Source: Azolla caroliniana (lineage: Eukaryota; Plantae; Polypodiophyta). From it: 64,000 bases of DNA. The notes under the pieces are model-generated. The model worked only from the letters and a program-made list of their open reading frames with translations. It was not told the DNA's origin and did not search any database. This document shows positions 27,291 through 40,245 of the stretch, in pieces. The translations under genes were made by a program, and so were the position numbers. Position 1 is the stretch's first letter. Every line of letters starts with the position of its first letter. The stretch is taken from contig JBHGNT010000094.1 of assembly GCA_043228905.1 (NCBI GenBank), positions 1-64,000 on the forward strand. The letters run 5' to 3'.

Positions 27291-30200
27291 TCAAGCATTA
27301 AATAGAGAGACCTCCCCTAATATGTGCTCATGAACCTCTTGGGGGACCTTGTAAACAATGTTGTATCCCTTAACCTTGTGCTTTGCTTGAGTCATATTGA
27401 ATTTGATCGCAAGAATGGCATCAACGTAGATTATTGCGATCAATGCTTCTTTTAGTAATGCATGTGTTCTTGCACTGCGGCAACTTTGCATAATAGTTTC
27501 CATAAACGACAAACTCACCAAGGTTGAAATTGTTGCCCCAGCCATCCCTCACCACTTCTTTCAATAATGTCTTGCCTTGCTTGCACACCACAATGTAGTT
27601 GTCTTCTAAATCTTCATTCTGAGGAGATTTGAGCACTGCAAAATGATCTCCAACTTCCAATAAAACCGCCACTTAGTCTTGATGTTGGTTGTAGTATACA
27701 ATATCGTTTGAATGTGCATCCTCTTCAATATCATCATATCGTTCAGGCTCAAGCTTTTGCAGCTTCTAGGGCTTGATGATTGATAGGTTGATGCATTTAT
27801 CCCAAGCTTCATCTATACACATGGAACAAAAGCATGATAAAGTACGGAGTAACAATTGTGTTGTGTCCTTGCGGCTAAACCCTAATACACAATGGGTGCT
27901 GCGTGTGCCTTTCACAGTTTTACAACCATATGATTTACTTCTATCAACCTCATCAGCGCGAACTTCAACAAACAATCTGTTATTACCATCATTTGACATC
28001 TTCCATATTAGCCACTGCACAACATCATGTGCATTTTGTAACTTAGCACCATTATTATCCAACTGCTCACTTGTAAGGGCACGTTTGATCACAGCCCCCG
28101 CGCCATCATGCTCTCCTTTTCCATGTCCAGACCCGAAGTAGTTCCATTGCATACGAATGTTGAATAAGGAGAAATACCTGCTTTTGTATCTCAGGTTTCC
28201 AACAAAATTAGTACTATGTTGTCAATCGAGAGTATTACACATCCATTAATACTGATTTAGTACAAATACAAAACAAAGCATAGCACAACGTATCCATTGA
28301 GAACACTCTACACTTATTAAAAGATAAATAGTACTATGTTGTCAACCATGTGAACTTGGCATCCATTAATACTAATTTAGTATGAATACAACACAAAAGC
28401 ATAGTACAATGAATTCATGGAAAGCAGTCTACATGAATTAACAGATAAATAATACAAACTCTTCAATATCGAATAGTACTATTTTGTTGACGACGAGTAC
28501 TTTACATTCATTAATACTGATTTAGTATAGATACAATACACAATACAGTACAATGTGTCCACGGAGAACACAACCCTCCTTAGAAGATAATTAGTACTAC
28601 AACACATGTACTTTACATCCCCCAATAAACACTGATTTAGTATAGATACCACACATAGTACAATACAATGTGTTCATGGAGAAAACTCAGCATGGATTAA
28701 TAGATAATTAGTACGAACTCTTCAATATAAGACGGTACTATGAGTACAAGATATGTACTTTACATCTTCCGATAATTACTGATTTAGTATAGATACAACA
28801 CCAAGTACAATACAGTGTGTTCATGGAGAACACTCAACATTGATTAATAGATAATTAGTACAAACTCTTCAATCTAGGACAGTACTATGAGTAAAAGACA
28901 TGTACTTTACATCCTTCGATAATTACTGATTTAGTACAGATACAACACACAATACAATACAATGTCCATGGAAAACTCTCAACATGGATTAAAAGATAAT
29001 TAGTACAATTCTCTTAAGGACGGACAATATTATGAGTACAAGACGAGTACTTTACATCCTTCTGTAAATACTGATTTAGTACAGATGCAACACACAACAT
29101 AGTACTATGTGTCTATGGACAACATAGTACATAGTACATATTCACGTCACAGGATAGTACTATTTGATCAATCAAGAATAGTTAACTTAGTTACAAACAA
29201 AATTAGTATGCATGCATCCATGTGAATAGTGTTGTGTTCGAATAGTTACAAACATAATTAGTATGCATCCATGTGAATAGTACTGTGTGTGAATAATTAC
29301 AAACATAATTAGTATGCATGCACTAACACAAGAATTACTTCCTTACACATTGCATGATAAGTACTAAACATATGGATTAAAAATTACCTGGCGATAAAGT
29401 AGAACGATCGTGCCACCGTAAACTGCGAGGCAGCACCATCAGACCAAACCCAATGACAGTTAAAGGTTAACCCTAGAGACAATAAATCTGCATGGTGAAG
29501 CTTAAAACAATGTTGAACAAATAGTGTATCATGCTTTTTACCATCTGAAATGTAAAATATTGATTTCTTATGTAACTCACTGTCTTGCCTCCAATAGCAA
29601 ATATGTGCAAGTATTGTACATTGATCATTGTACCAATGCATTGATTGAACCTCATTTTGAACTTTAAATGTATAGTTTTCTGCAAAGTCAATAACGGATA
29701 CGATGACACCCGTTGGTAAGTTATTAATACATTCCTTGAACTGTGAATTTTGCCAATAACTCCGGAAGTTATGTGGAATGAACTCCCCAAGTTGTTTCTT
29801 AAATTATGAGACAAGGGTAGCAGCACATGTCTCCTATATACTTCCTTGATATGCTTAGTTACAAGTCCCTTACCAATATTTTCAGTCACATACTCTAAAT
29901 ATTTCCATTTCATGATGTGACTGTTTCCCAAATCAAACTCCTGTCTACAAAATAATGGTAGTGGACAAACCTTACATGTTCTTAATAGACATGTACGACG
30001 ATGCCACTCACATGATGGTTCTTTTTCACAAACACATGACCTCCATAGCTCAGAAACGGATGCATAAGTCATGTTTCGTGCATTACACCTATTATCCTCC
30101 CCATTTGGTCTACAAACCTCACAAGTGTAGACACATAATTCCCCTTGTATACCCTTAGAATCAGTACGCATTGCATTCACTCCTAGCCTTAACATGTCCA

Positions 30201-31054
30201 TCTTCACGTGGTACACACAACAACATGTATTCCTCTCATTTACTTTTCTAACATAAAATGGTTTCAAACCTTGCAACTTGCGGAATCCAACAGTCAAGCT
30301 TGGATGTTGGTCTTTAAGTTCATGTACAATTCAGCCTACATCAACCAATATATATAGCAAACATTAATATACACTTGGTCAAAACACAAATTTATGGAAT
30401 GTGAATTGATATAAAAAAATGGAATACTTCTGTCATCTCCAAGAAGTGTCTAGGGTGAATCTGGTACTTACCCTGACTTATTCGTTGTCTACACACATCC
30501 GTCTTATTTGGTGAGACACGCATTTTTTTGGCCCAAAATGAATCCACTTTCTCAATAATCTCTTGAGATAAGGCATCGCATCGTCGTCTACGTCCCAACC
30601 CCAGCCACTTGAATTGGCTTGAGTGTATATTTCGACGATGTTTCCTCAAGTTCCTTCTTGGAATACCCAGGGCTAAGGCAACTTTAGTATCACTATATTT
30701 TTTTTCTCTCGCACCATTCACAACCATGTGTAGGGATGCCCTCTTTGCAGCAAGTTTGTTTATGCTCTCTACACCTTTCACTAAGTCTAGGGATGACTTC
30801 ATAGACTCTACAATCTCTTCTAAAACACATTGGTCCCTAAATTTTATTCTCTCCATGTCTTCATTCAAACGTTGATGGTGTAACACTCTACATATAATAT
30901 CCCTACGATCCTCTTCACTAAATCTCTTCGTTATTTCTACCAAATAACGGACTATGTGAAGAACCACTCGTCTCTTGGTCCTTTCAGATATACATGAGTT
31001 ACTTGACAACTCACTCTCATTGGGGACCCCCATTTGGTCACTAGATTTATCCAA
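27291..31054 (-). pseudogene. Intron-containing DDE transposase, Sola-like (Sola2 best guess), frameshifted
   Basis: Exons ~31054-30428, 30335-29388, 28177-27291. The 29388/28177 splice reads FIAR|YFSLFNIRMQWNYF. Motifs TCCCVYH, IDFAENY..QNEVQSMHW, WSDGAASQF, YFGSGHGKGEHDGAGAVIKR. Superfamily assigned from recalled motifs, not a search. Confidence 0.78.
28210..29330. repeat. AGTACT-rich tandem array (~7 units of 116-147 bp) filling transposase intron 2
   Basis: Recurring TACTTTACATCC...ACTGATTTAGTA..GATACAACAC...GATAATTAGTAC. Confidence 0.85.
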
Positions 31055-31187
31055 AAAAATTAAGTGTCCAGCGAGAGTAGTTAATGTTATATAGACTACA
31101 CTAAGAAAACACAGTCAAATGTTTTTAAATGTGGCCTACAAAGTGAGAAATAATTCGTTTCGAACATTAGAATTACGGATCAAATAT

Positions 31188-31645
31188 GACAATTGTAAAA
31201 TCTAAAAATTTAGTACTGAAAAATGAAGAAATGAAAAATTTTAGTCCTGAAAGTAAAAAAATGGATGGAAGGAACCTCCAATGGTGGCAGGAGCGTTGAT
31301 TCTGTGTGATATGCCGTCTCGATTTGCTGGAAGGAACATCCAATGGTGGAAGCACGATTTACAAATTTGACAATTGTAAAATCTAAAAATTTAGTACTGA
31401 AAAATGAAGAAATGAAATATTTTAGTCCTAAAAATAAAAAAATGGATGGAAGGAACCTCCAATGGTGGCGGGAGTGTTGATTTTGTGTGATATGCCGCCT
31501 CGATTTGCTGGAAGAAACCTCCAATGGTGGTGGGCGCCTTGAATCTTTGTGATATGCCGCCTTGATTTAGTGGAAGGAACCTCCAATGGTGGAGGGCCCC
31601 TTGAATCTTTGTGATATGCCGCCTGGATTCGGTGGAAGGATCCTC
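31188..31645. repeat. Tandem repeats upstream of the transposase (~180-bp duplication plus ~60-bp units)
   Basis: GGAAGGAACCTCCAATGGTGG...TGTGATATGCCGCCT about 5-6 times; GACAATTGTAAAATCTAAAAATTTAGTACTG twice. Confidence 0.8.
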
Positions 31646-32767
31646 GCATCGATGGAAAAAGCCCCAAATCACCACGACATAAACTGCAATCGGTGGAAGT
31701 AAGAAAGTCGTTGTCGAAGAAGTCACTATTGGTTGTTATAAGAGGCCTAAAAACAGTCTATGTTCCTCAACCTAAACCTTAACAAAAACAGAAACCCTAA
31801 AAAAACCAGAAATCCTCAACTCAAAAGCTCCAACCTGACATGGATGTTTGAGATTTGCTCCCTAAACCCTAACAAAACTCTTAGATTGGAGGAAAAGTAG
31901 AAACGTGACATGGATGTCTGAGATGAAGAGCTCAGAGGGATAGAGGAAGAGGACTATGAGGGGAACTGCCAAAAACGACGTGAGGGGAAAATAGCCCCCA
32001 AAACTCAAAGAACATCTCCTCACGTTGTCGTAGTGTATTCCACACACTACGTGAAAACCATAAAATAATATATCCGAATTTAGATACATATAAATAAATA
32101 AATAATATATCAAAAGAATTTATCACGTGCATAGGGCAGGATTCAAACCATGCACCTCCACGTAGATAAACCCCAACTTTACCATTGTAATAACTTAACT
32201 TTACTATTATAAATATAGATTTAATACGTATAAGACCTTTATTTACACATACCTTTATTAAAAGGTAAAAATCATGTATTCTTTAGAGTGTGAATATTTT
32301 ATTTACACGTGACATTAAAAGTGACTCATGCACATCTAGCGTGCACGAGCCCTATATTTAGGAAATGACAAAACATCACATGCACATTTAGTGTGCATGG
32401 GCACTTTAGGTGAAAAAGCATGAAGCCATGCTTAGCCTCTTCCATCTTTATATAAGGAGGAGAAAAATATGTATATGGTTGTTGATTAATATACAAGGTT
32501 GGATCAATCGAATATATTCGTGGGATTCATGAATTTTGCCATCTAAATGCTCTTATAATCTAAATATTGTTTTAATTACACTAAACTCGTGGGATTCACG
32601 ATATTGCTATCTTACTTCTCTTTCCACTATTCATATCTAGCCTTAAGTTGTATTCCTCTTCCTCCTAGTCAAAAACCTCGGCGGTTCCCACCCGACTCAC
32701 GCAACGATCCGGAGCCGAAGGGCACGACACAGTTGGTGAACCCGACGTGAAGACGGGTGGCAAGGAG

Positions 32768-34810
32768 ATGGAAAATCAACCGGAGGCTAGCAACATGATG
32801 ATGATGTTCGAGCGCATGCTACAAGAACAATGCGCGATGTCGGAGATAGCGGCATCAGTGGAGCGGCTCGTGCAACGAAACGGGCAATTCAACGGGAAAG
32901 ACGTGTCGCGGTATCTTCGGGACTACAAGGCGGAGATGCTACGGTGCGGAATATCGGAAGGACTGCAAGTGACGTCCTTCAACCGGGTGGCGACCGACGG
33001 GCTTCAAGCAAGCATCCATGGGCTACGACAGCAAAATCCGACATGGGAGGCGTTTGAAGTAGAGCTAAAGAGGACGTTCGCCATCGAGGATTCCTCCAAG
33101 GCGACGCGAAGGGGATTCGAAGATTGGGTGGAGACGCCGGACAAGGGATTGAAGGTCGTTGATGTGTTTTCGGCATTCGAAAGCCGGTACGGGAGGTTTT
33201 CCGCGAGAGATCAAGCTATCCTCGTACCGGACAAGGTAATCATGTTCTTGCGAGCCGTGGACGTCCGGGACCGGAAAGATCTCGGAGTGCTCTTGGAGGA
33301 CACGACCACGGAGAGTGGCCTCACCGAAACATGGGAAAGCGTGCGGGATATCGTCGCGCGATACACGAAGAGGGGGCAATGGCTTGCCAACGAGGAAAAG
33401 AGGGTTTCGGAACCAATTCCGAAACCGAGAACCGGATTGGAAGACCATCAACCAAGGGCTCGGGAGACTACAACCGAGAAGGGAATTGATGCATCTACGG
33501 TGGAGCAACTATTGAAGGAGATGGAGAATCTGAAGATCGCGATGGTGAAGAAGTCGGATGACCGCCCCACAAGCTCCAAGTATACGGACCGACGGTGCAT
33601 ATGGTGCGATAGTGCCGAACACGATCGGAGGGATTGCGACGAGCATAAGGAGGCGCTACGACGAGATCTCATCTACTACGAGGGAAACCGGATTCATTCG
33701 ATGGACTCTCGGAAGCCACTCCGACCGAACTTCCGGAAAGGCGGCATGAAGAAGGTGCTCGAGGAGGAATTGGCGGCAAGAAGCAACTATGCGACAACCG
33801 CGGGAATATGTGTCGGGGAGTCATCGAGAGCAAAGACGTCTTTTTGGCCGGAAGTTCTAGAAAACACCGAGAAAACCGACTCCAACGAGATCCGAAGCAC
33901 CGCGGAAGGCGTCCGGGAAGCTACGGGATGGGAGTGCCCTGTCGACAAGAATAGCGTATACGCCCTGTGTCAATTGCATAAGGTGTATGTGGACGAGAAA
34001 CGACGACGCACGGAGGATGCGGCCGGGCCATCGAAGATACCGGAAAGTTGGAACTCCGGAGGTAAGGGAAAAGAAAAGGCGACTCCGGCATTCAAGCTCG
34101 CCTCGGACATAGAACAACAAACCGACTTGAAAAGAGTGTTCGAGGAAAGAATCTTGGATAGCCGGGTAGATTTCTCGCTTCGGGAGCTACTCGGAATAGC
34201 AAAGAAGGAGTTCCACGATCTTCTCGTGGATCTCGTGAAGCGAAAAAGACAAAGTACGGAGGAAAATGCTCCAAGGGTGAATGCGAACACCGTTTTAATG
34301 AACGACACCGAAGCGGAGGACGAAATTCCGAACTCCCACTATACAAGGCCACATTGGGCACGCGCGACTACGGAGACTCCGGTCCGAATCGGCAACATCA
34401 AAGAACCCGTGCTAGCATTGATTGATCACGGATCGGAGATCAACTTGTTGTCCAAGGAGTTCTACCGGAAGGGGAAGTGGCCTATTAACACCAACCATGG
34501 ATGGAAGATTCGGGCGGCCACCAAAGCAACGGAAGATCTATTTGCGGCTTGTCCGGATGTGACGGTGAAGATCGGGGATGTCGAGATCGACCAAAATTTC
34601 TTCGTGCAAGATGAGGTTTCACATTCCGTCATCCTCGGCCAACCCTTTATCACGGCATCACGGATGGAGACGAAGGTGCTCGATAGCGGTGCGGCTTTTG
34701 CGCGAATTCGGAGCCAAAACGGTGGGAAATCCGTCCAATTCCTAACAGTGCCGGCAAATCACGAAAGGAACAAGAGGGAACTCTTGTCCCAAGTGAGAAT
34801 GGATTTTTAA
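32768..34810 (+). CDS. gag: Gypsy D ORF1: Gag plus aspartic protease (open)
   Basis: Uninterrupted ORF; CIWCDSAEHDRRDC knuckle; ALIDHGSEINL...VILGQPF protease; ends MDF* at GGATTTTTAA. Confidence 0.9.
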   Translation: MENQPEASNMMMMFERMLQEQCAMSEIAASVERLVQRNGQFNGKDVSRYLRDYKAEMLRCGISEGLQVTSFNRVATDGLQASIHGLRQQNPTWEAFEVELKRTFAIEDSSKATRRGFEDWVETPDKGLKVVDVFSAFESRYGRFSARDQAILVPDKVIMFLRAVDVRDRKDLGVLLEDTTTESGLTETWESVRDIVARYTKRGQWLANEEKRVSEPIPKPRTGLEDHQPRARETTTEKGIDASTVEQLLKEMENLKIAMVKKSDDRPTSSKYTDRRCIWCDSAEHDRRDCDEHKEALRRDLIYYEGNRIHSMDSRKPLRPNFRKGGMKKVLEEELAARSNYATTAGICVGESSRAKTSFWPEVLENTEKTDSNEIRSTAEGVREATGWECPVDKNSVYALCQLHKVYVDEKRRRTEDAAGPSKIPESWNSGGKGKEKATPAFKLASDIEQQTDLKRVFEERILDSRVDFSLRELLGIAKKEFHDLLVDLVKRKRQSTEENAPRVNANTVLMNDTEAEDEIPNSHYTRPHWARATTETPVRIGNIKEPVLALIDHGSEINLLSKEFYRKGKWPINTNHGWKIRAATKATEDLFAACPDVTVKIGDVEIDQNFFVQDEVSHSVILGQPFITASRMETKVLDSGAAFARIRSQNGGKSVQFLTVPANHERNKRELLSQVRMDF

Positions 34811-37800
34811 AGCAGACTGTTGCGGAGTGGGGAAGTGATAGTCCGAGAAGCCCTGATACCCCACACAGGAAGAAAACTCTCGGAGCAAAACATGTACGAA
34901 TCGGTCCAGATGGGGCATCTACGTACACGACCGTAACCGGAGGATTGAAGAAAGGATACCGACAAGTGGAGGATAAGTTGCGGTCGGCATCAATAATAAA
35001 AGAAGATGAAGAAATCGTGGGGATAGTCGAAGAAGTGTTCTATGAGAGCACGCTACAACGACTTGAAGAGCTTGCGGAAGATAAAAGCCAAGGGAACCGG
35101 GTAGTCCCGGTGGAATCGGTCGAGATGTACGAGATCATTGCGAAAATGGAGCCGGATACGCTCCGCAAAGAAGAAGCAATGGTAAGTACGAAATACAAGA
35201 CCGTGGAGAAGAAGGTGAAACCGGCCGCGGGACCACTACCCGCCGATAGCGAACAAAAGAGGAAAGAAGTCTCGGGAGATCCGACACTTCGGAAGACCGT
35301 GGATATCGGACATGCCTTCACGGATGAGACCCGGAAGAAACTTCGGATCGGTGGAGGTGGGTTCCTATTACAAAAAGAAGAAGAACGGTTTCGCGAGATG
35401 TTGGAGCAACACGGCAAAGCGTTTGCATTTACATCAAGGGAGATAGGGTGCGTTGATCCGAGAATAGTGGAGCCGATGGTGATCTTCACGATTGACCATG
35501 TACCGTGGAACCTGAAGCCGATTCCGGTGCCACGAGCACATATTCCGAAAATCATTGACTTGCTCAAAGAGAAGGTGGCGATGGGGATTCTAGAGCCATA
35601 AACTGCTCCGTACTCAAATCGATGGTTTACGGTTCCGAAGAAGAATGGGTCACTCCGATTTATCCAAGACTTGCAACCGGTGAATAAGGTCACGATCCGG
35701 AACTCAGGAGTCGGTCCGGTAGTGGACGAATTTGCGGAAGCTTTTGCCGGTCGTGCGATATACTCCATCGGAGACCTATACTCGGGGTATGACCAATTCC
35801 AACTAGCCGTGGAGAGCCGAGACATCACAACCATGCGAACACCGATAGGATTAGTCCGAATGTGCACACTACCACAAGGAGCGACAAACTCGGTTGCTCA
35901 TATGATGAACGCGATGAACAAGGTGCTTCAAGACTGCATTCCGGAGATAACGATGCCGTTCCTCGATGACATTCCGATGAAAGGATGCGCGGTAGAAGAA
36001 AAAGATGAGACTATGGATGATCGGGGATGCCGAAAGTTCGTGGTCGACCATATTCATGCTTGTGAGAAAGTGTTGCGAAAGCTAGAAGATGTGCACCTAA
36101 CACTTTCCGGGGAGAAATCGGCATTCGGGCAAGAAGAAATATTGGTGGTCGGACATCTATGTGGGCCCTACGGCCGAAGACCGTCACCAACAAAGATCGA
36201 TGCGATTCAAGCTATGGAGGAAGTATGCGAGTCAACATCCGAAGTCCGAAGGTTTCTCGGTGCATGTGCATTCTATCACATATGGATTCCGCACTATGCA
36301 CATATAGCGGACCCGCTCTACCGCTTGTTGCGGAAAGGTAAGAAATTCGAATGGAAACCGGAACACACCAAAGCCATGAAGAAATTGAAGAAGACACTTC
36401 GGAGGGCGGAAGCACTTAAGAAGCCGAGCTACGACCGACCGATCATAGTAACGGTTGATACAAGTCCAACCGGTATCGGGTGGGTCATCAATCAAGCCGA
36501 CTCGGATGGTTCGCGGTATCCGATCCGATTCGGAGCAAAGGTTCTCAACGAAAGGCAACGTGGATATGCACAAGTCAAAAGAGAACTGTGGGGAGTCGTG
36601 TCGGCGATAAAATCGGATCGGGATTATTTGATCGGAGCCGAAGTGGTGATCGAGACGGATTGTCTTCCGATACTCGGGATGATGCGGTGTTGTACGATAC
36701 CAGATGTAGCTATGCTAAGGTGGGTTGCATATGTCAAGTCGCTTAATCCGGAGGTTCGACACATCTCGGGGAAGGAAAACGCGGTAGCGGATATGTTATC
36801 AAGGGCTCGGTTCGGAGACGACATAACCGAATCGGATAATGAAGAAGTTTCCGAAGACTACTTCGCGTCGGAGCACATATGCCGAGTGAACGTAGTTCGA
36901 GAATTTCGGGAAGAAGAATATGAGGGAGAAAGTTTGATGATCGGAAAGATGTTACAAGAGGCCGAGGACTCGACAAACGATAAAGGAAGAAGGGCCGAGA
37001 TCCGAAGGAAGAAGAGGCAAGTCCAAAAGTTCTTCTTGGAAAACGGATTAATATGGAGGGCGCCGAAAAGACCGGATGGTATACCACTTCGAGTAGTCGG
37101 GACAAAAGAGCAACGAAACCGGATAATGTCCGAGTTTCACGAATCCGATTGGGCTGGACACCGAGGAACATGGGCAACATTTGTGAAGATCAAGCAAAAA
37201 TATTGGTGGAAGAAAATGTACAAAGATATCGCGGAGTTTACGGAAAGCTGCGAGAAATGTCAAGTCTACTCCGGGGTTCGACATCGAGATGAGTTACATC
37301 CGACATTCTCACCGACAATCAACTTCAAGTGGATGGTTGACATAGTGGCCATGCCGACCGGGATCGGACAAAAGAAATACTTGGTATTAGCTCGGGAAGA
37401 TCTCACGAATCAAGTAGAAGGTCGAGCGCTTCGGAGGAAAACATGTTCCGTTGTATGTCAATTTCTTTTGGAGGAAGTATTTTGCAGGTACGGGTGCGTA
37501 GGACAAGTGATTGCAGACCGGGGAGAACTCGACTCGGACAAAGCTAGGGGATTCTTCGCCAAACACGGAGTTCGGTTATCGCTGACAACGGCATACAATC
37601 CGGAGGCCAACGGGAAAATCGAACGAGGACATAGTCCGATCGTAAAAGCACTTGCAAAGGCATGCGATGGAAAGGTGAAGGACTGGCCGTAGATGCTTCC
37701 ATATGCACTATGGGCGGATCGGACGACGCATAGCTCCATAACCGGTTACATGCCGGCAGAACTCATGACCGGACAAGCACCGGTAATGCCGACGGAAACC

Positions 37801-38442
37801 GCGATCGCAACATGGACAGTGCTACCGTGGAAGGAAGAGATGAGCCGGGAAGAACTACTAGCGGTCCGGATACGACAACTAGAGGGAAGACCGGCAGACA
37901 TAGCGGAAGCAATACGCCGACAACAAGAAGCACGATTAAGGAACAAAAGCCGGTTCGACACAAAGCACCGACTACGACCGAGCAGGATTGAAGAAGGAGA
38001 CTGGGTGATCGTCTATGACAGTAGTTTGGACCATCAACATACAACGATGCGGAAATTCGCGAAAAGGTGGTTCGGGCCATATGAGGTTCGGAAAGTCTTC
38101 GACAACGGAACGTACCGACTGTCCGAGTTGGATGGAACAATACTACGAGTGCCTATAGCCGAGAAGCGGGTGAAGATTTTCAAGAAGCGGACCGACGACA
38201 AACCCTATGTGATCCAAGCCAAGGCCGACTACGAGGAGCAATCAGACGAAGACCACGGGGATGCGGGAAGCGAAGAACGTGAATTACAACTCATAGTCGA
38301 CATAAGGGGAGAATCGGAGGAAGCTTTGGGTGAAGACGGATATGGGGAATCGAGAACTTTGGCACATACCGGAGGATGTGCGGGTTCGGAGGGGGCGAGT
38401 GTCGTAGTGTATTCCACACACTACGTGAAAACCATAAAATAA
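34801..38442 (+). pseudogene. pol: Gypsy D ORF2: RT-RNase H-integrase in the -1 frame, with two nonsense codons
   Basis: One continuous frame from the slippery site; stops only at 35599-35601 and 37690-37692; PFLDDI and ADRGE..NGKIER motifs; no chromodomain seen. Confidence 0.92.
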
Positions 38443-39209
38443 TATATCCGAATTTAGATACATATAAATAAATAAATAATATATCAAAAGAATTTATCAC
38501 GTGCATAGGGCAAGATTCAAACCATGCACCTCCACGTAGATAAACCCCAACTTTACCATTGTAATAACTTATCTTTAGTGTTATAAATATAGATTTAATA
38601 CGTATAAGACCTTTATTTACACATACCTTTATTAAAAGGTAAAAATCATGTATTCTTTAGAGTGTGAATATTTTATTTACACGTGACATTAAAAGTGACT
38701 CATGCACATCTAGCGTGCACGAGCCCTATATTTAGGAAATGACAAAACATCACATGCACATTTAGTGTGCATGGGCACTTTAGGTGAAAAAGCATGAAGC
38801 CATGCTTAGCCTCCTCCATCTTTATATAAGGAGGAGAAAAATATGTATATGGTTGTTGATTAATATACAAGGTTGGATCAATCGAATATATTCGTGGGAT
38901 TCACGAATTTTGCCATCTAAATGCTCTTATAATCTAAATATTGTTTTAATTACACTAAACTCGTGGGATTCACGATATTGCTATCTTACTTCTCTTTCCA
39001 CTATTCATATCTAGCCTTAAGTTGTATTCCTCTTCCTCCTAGTCAAAAACCTCGGCGGTTCCCACCCGACTCACGCAACGATCCGGAGCCGAAGGGCACG
39101 ACAACGTGTTCCCCCCACTCCTTGTAGTAAATGACACTTGTACTACAGTCACCCCACTCTCCAAAATCGATTTTTTTTTTCTCTGATTTTTTTTCAAGGT
39201 CTCGGTGTG

Positions 39210-40239
39210 GGTGGAAGCACGTACCACAAGTCGCAGGCCGATCACTCCGTGTTTGTGAAGAAATTTGATGTAGGAGACTTCCTGATATTGCTCCTATACG
39301 TGGACAACATGTTGATCGTCGGACGAGACCAAGTCAAGATACGGATGCTGAAGAAGGCCCTTAACCGGACTTTCTCAATGAAAGACTTGGGTCCAGCAAG
39401 ACAGATACTGAGGATGCACATCATCTGGGACTGGTCGAAGAAGCAATTGTGACTGTCAAAGGAAAAGTACATGACAAAGGTGCTTTAGCGGTTTAACATG
39501 TTAGAAGCAAAACCGGTCGGATCTAGACTCCCGGCAAACTGCAAATTATCCAGTAGGCAAAGCCCAAAGACAAAGGCAGAGAAGGCGGATATGATGAAGA
39601 TTCCATATGCCTTTGCGGTCGGGATCTTGATGTACGCAATGGTGTGTACTCGACTGTATATTGGATACGTAGTCGGAGTGGTAAGTCAGTTCATGACCAG
39701 CCCCGGAAAAGAACAATGGAACGCAATAAAATGGATACTCTGGTACTTGAAAGGCACCTCGAGTATGTGCCTCTGATTCGGCTCCGGTAAACCCCAACTC
39801 AACAGTTTCACTGATTTAGATATGTCGGCTGATGCGGATACCAGCCGATCCACATCCGGATATGTCATGACATACGCGGGGGGAGCTGTTTCGTGGCAGT
39901 CGAGGCTGTAGAAGACAGTTGCGCTGTCAACCATGAAAGCTGAGTACATGGCAGCTGTGGAAGCCGGCAAGGAAATACTATGGATGAAGGACTTCATCAG
40001 AGAGCTAGGGATCTGGCAAAAGGAATACCGGCTCTATTGCGACATTCAAAGTGCCATCCACCTTGCGAAGAACGTGGCGTATCATTCCAAGACAAAGCAC
40101 ATCCAGCGTAGGTACCACTAGATCCGGGAGTGAGTTGAAGATCAAGCGTATGTGCTGACGAAGATCTCCGAAAAGCTGGACGCATGTCGGAAGAGGATCA
40201 GATTGACCAGGCATCCCATGCCAGAGTGAAGGGGCAGTT
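39210..40239 (+). pseudogene. Copia E RT C-half and RNase H (inside the inverted segment)
   Basis: LLYVDNML, MKDLGPARQIL, RSTSGY, AEYMAA, KHIQRRYH; PPT GAAGGGGCAG before the LTR start TGTTAG at 40240. Confidence 0.9.
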
Positions 40240-40245
40240 TGTTAG

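Larger units (their letters stand above)
32026..39103 (+). mobile_element. Near-intact full-length Ty3/gypsy element D
   Basis: 704-bp direct LTRs 32026-32729 and 38400-39103 (about six differences by eye), TSD ACGT, Trp PBS, PPT-like GGAGGGGGCGAG. Confidence 0.97.

Noticed and set aside
35040-35867. 275-aa antisense ORF in element D
   Set aside because: Shadow of the pol frame; no motif and not conserved as an ORF in A or B
35599-37692. In-frame stops in D pol as programmed readthrough
   Set aside because: Element B has sense codons at both positions; these are ordinary nonsense mutations
39150-39210. Candidate TIR of unit T (minus strand GAGACCTTG...)
   Set aside because: No matching inverted copy near 55310, and ~150 bp of the host RT is missing there, so termini and TSD cannot be called
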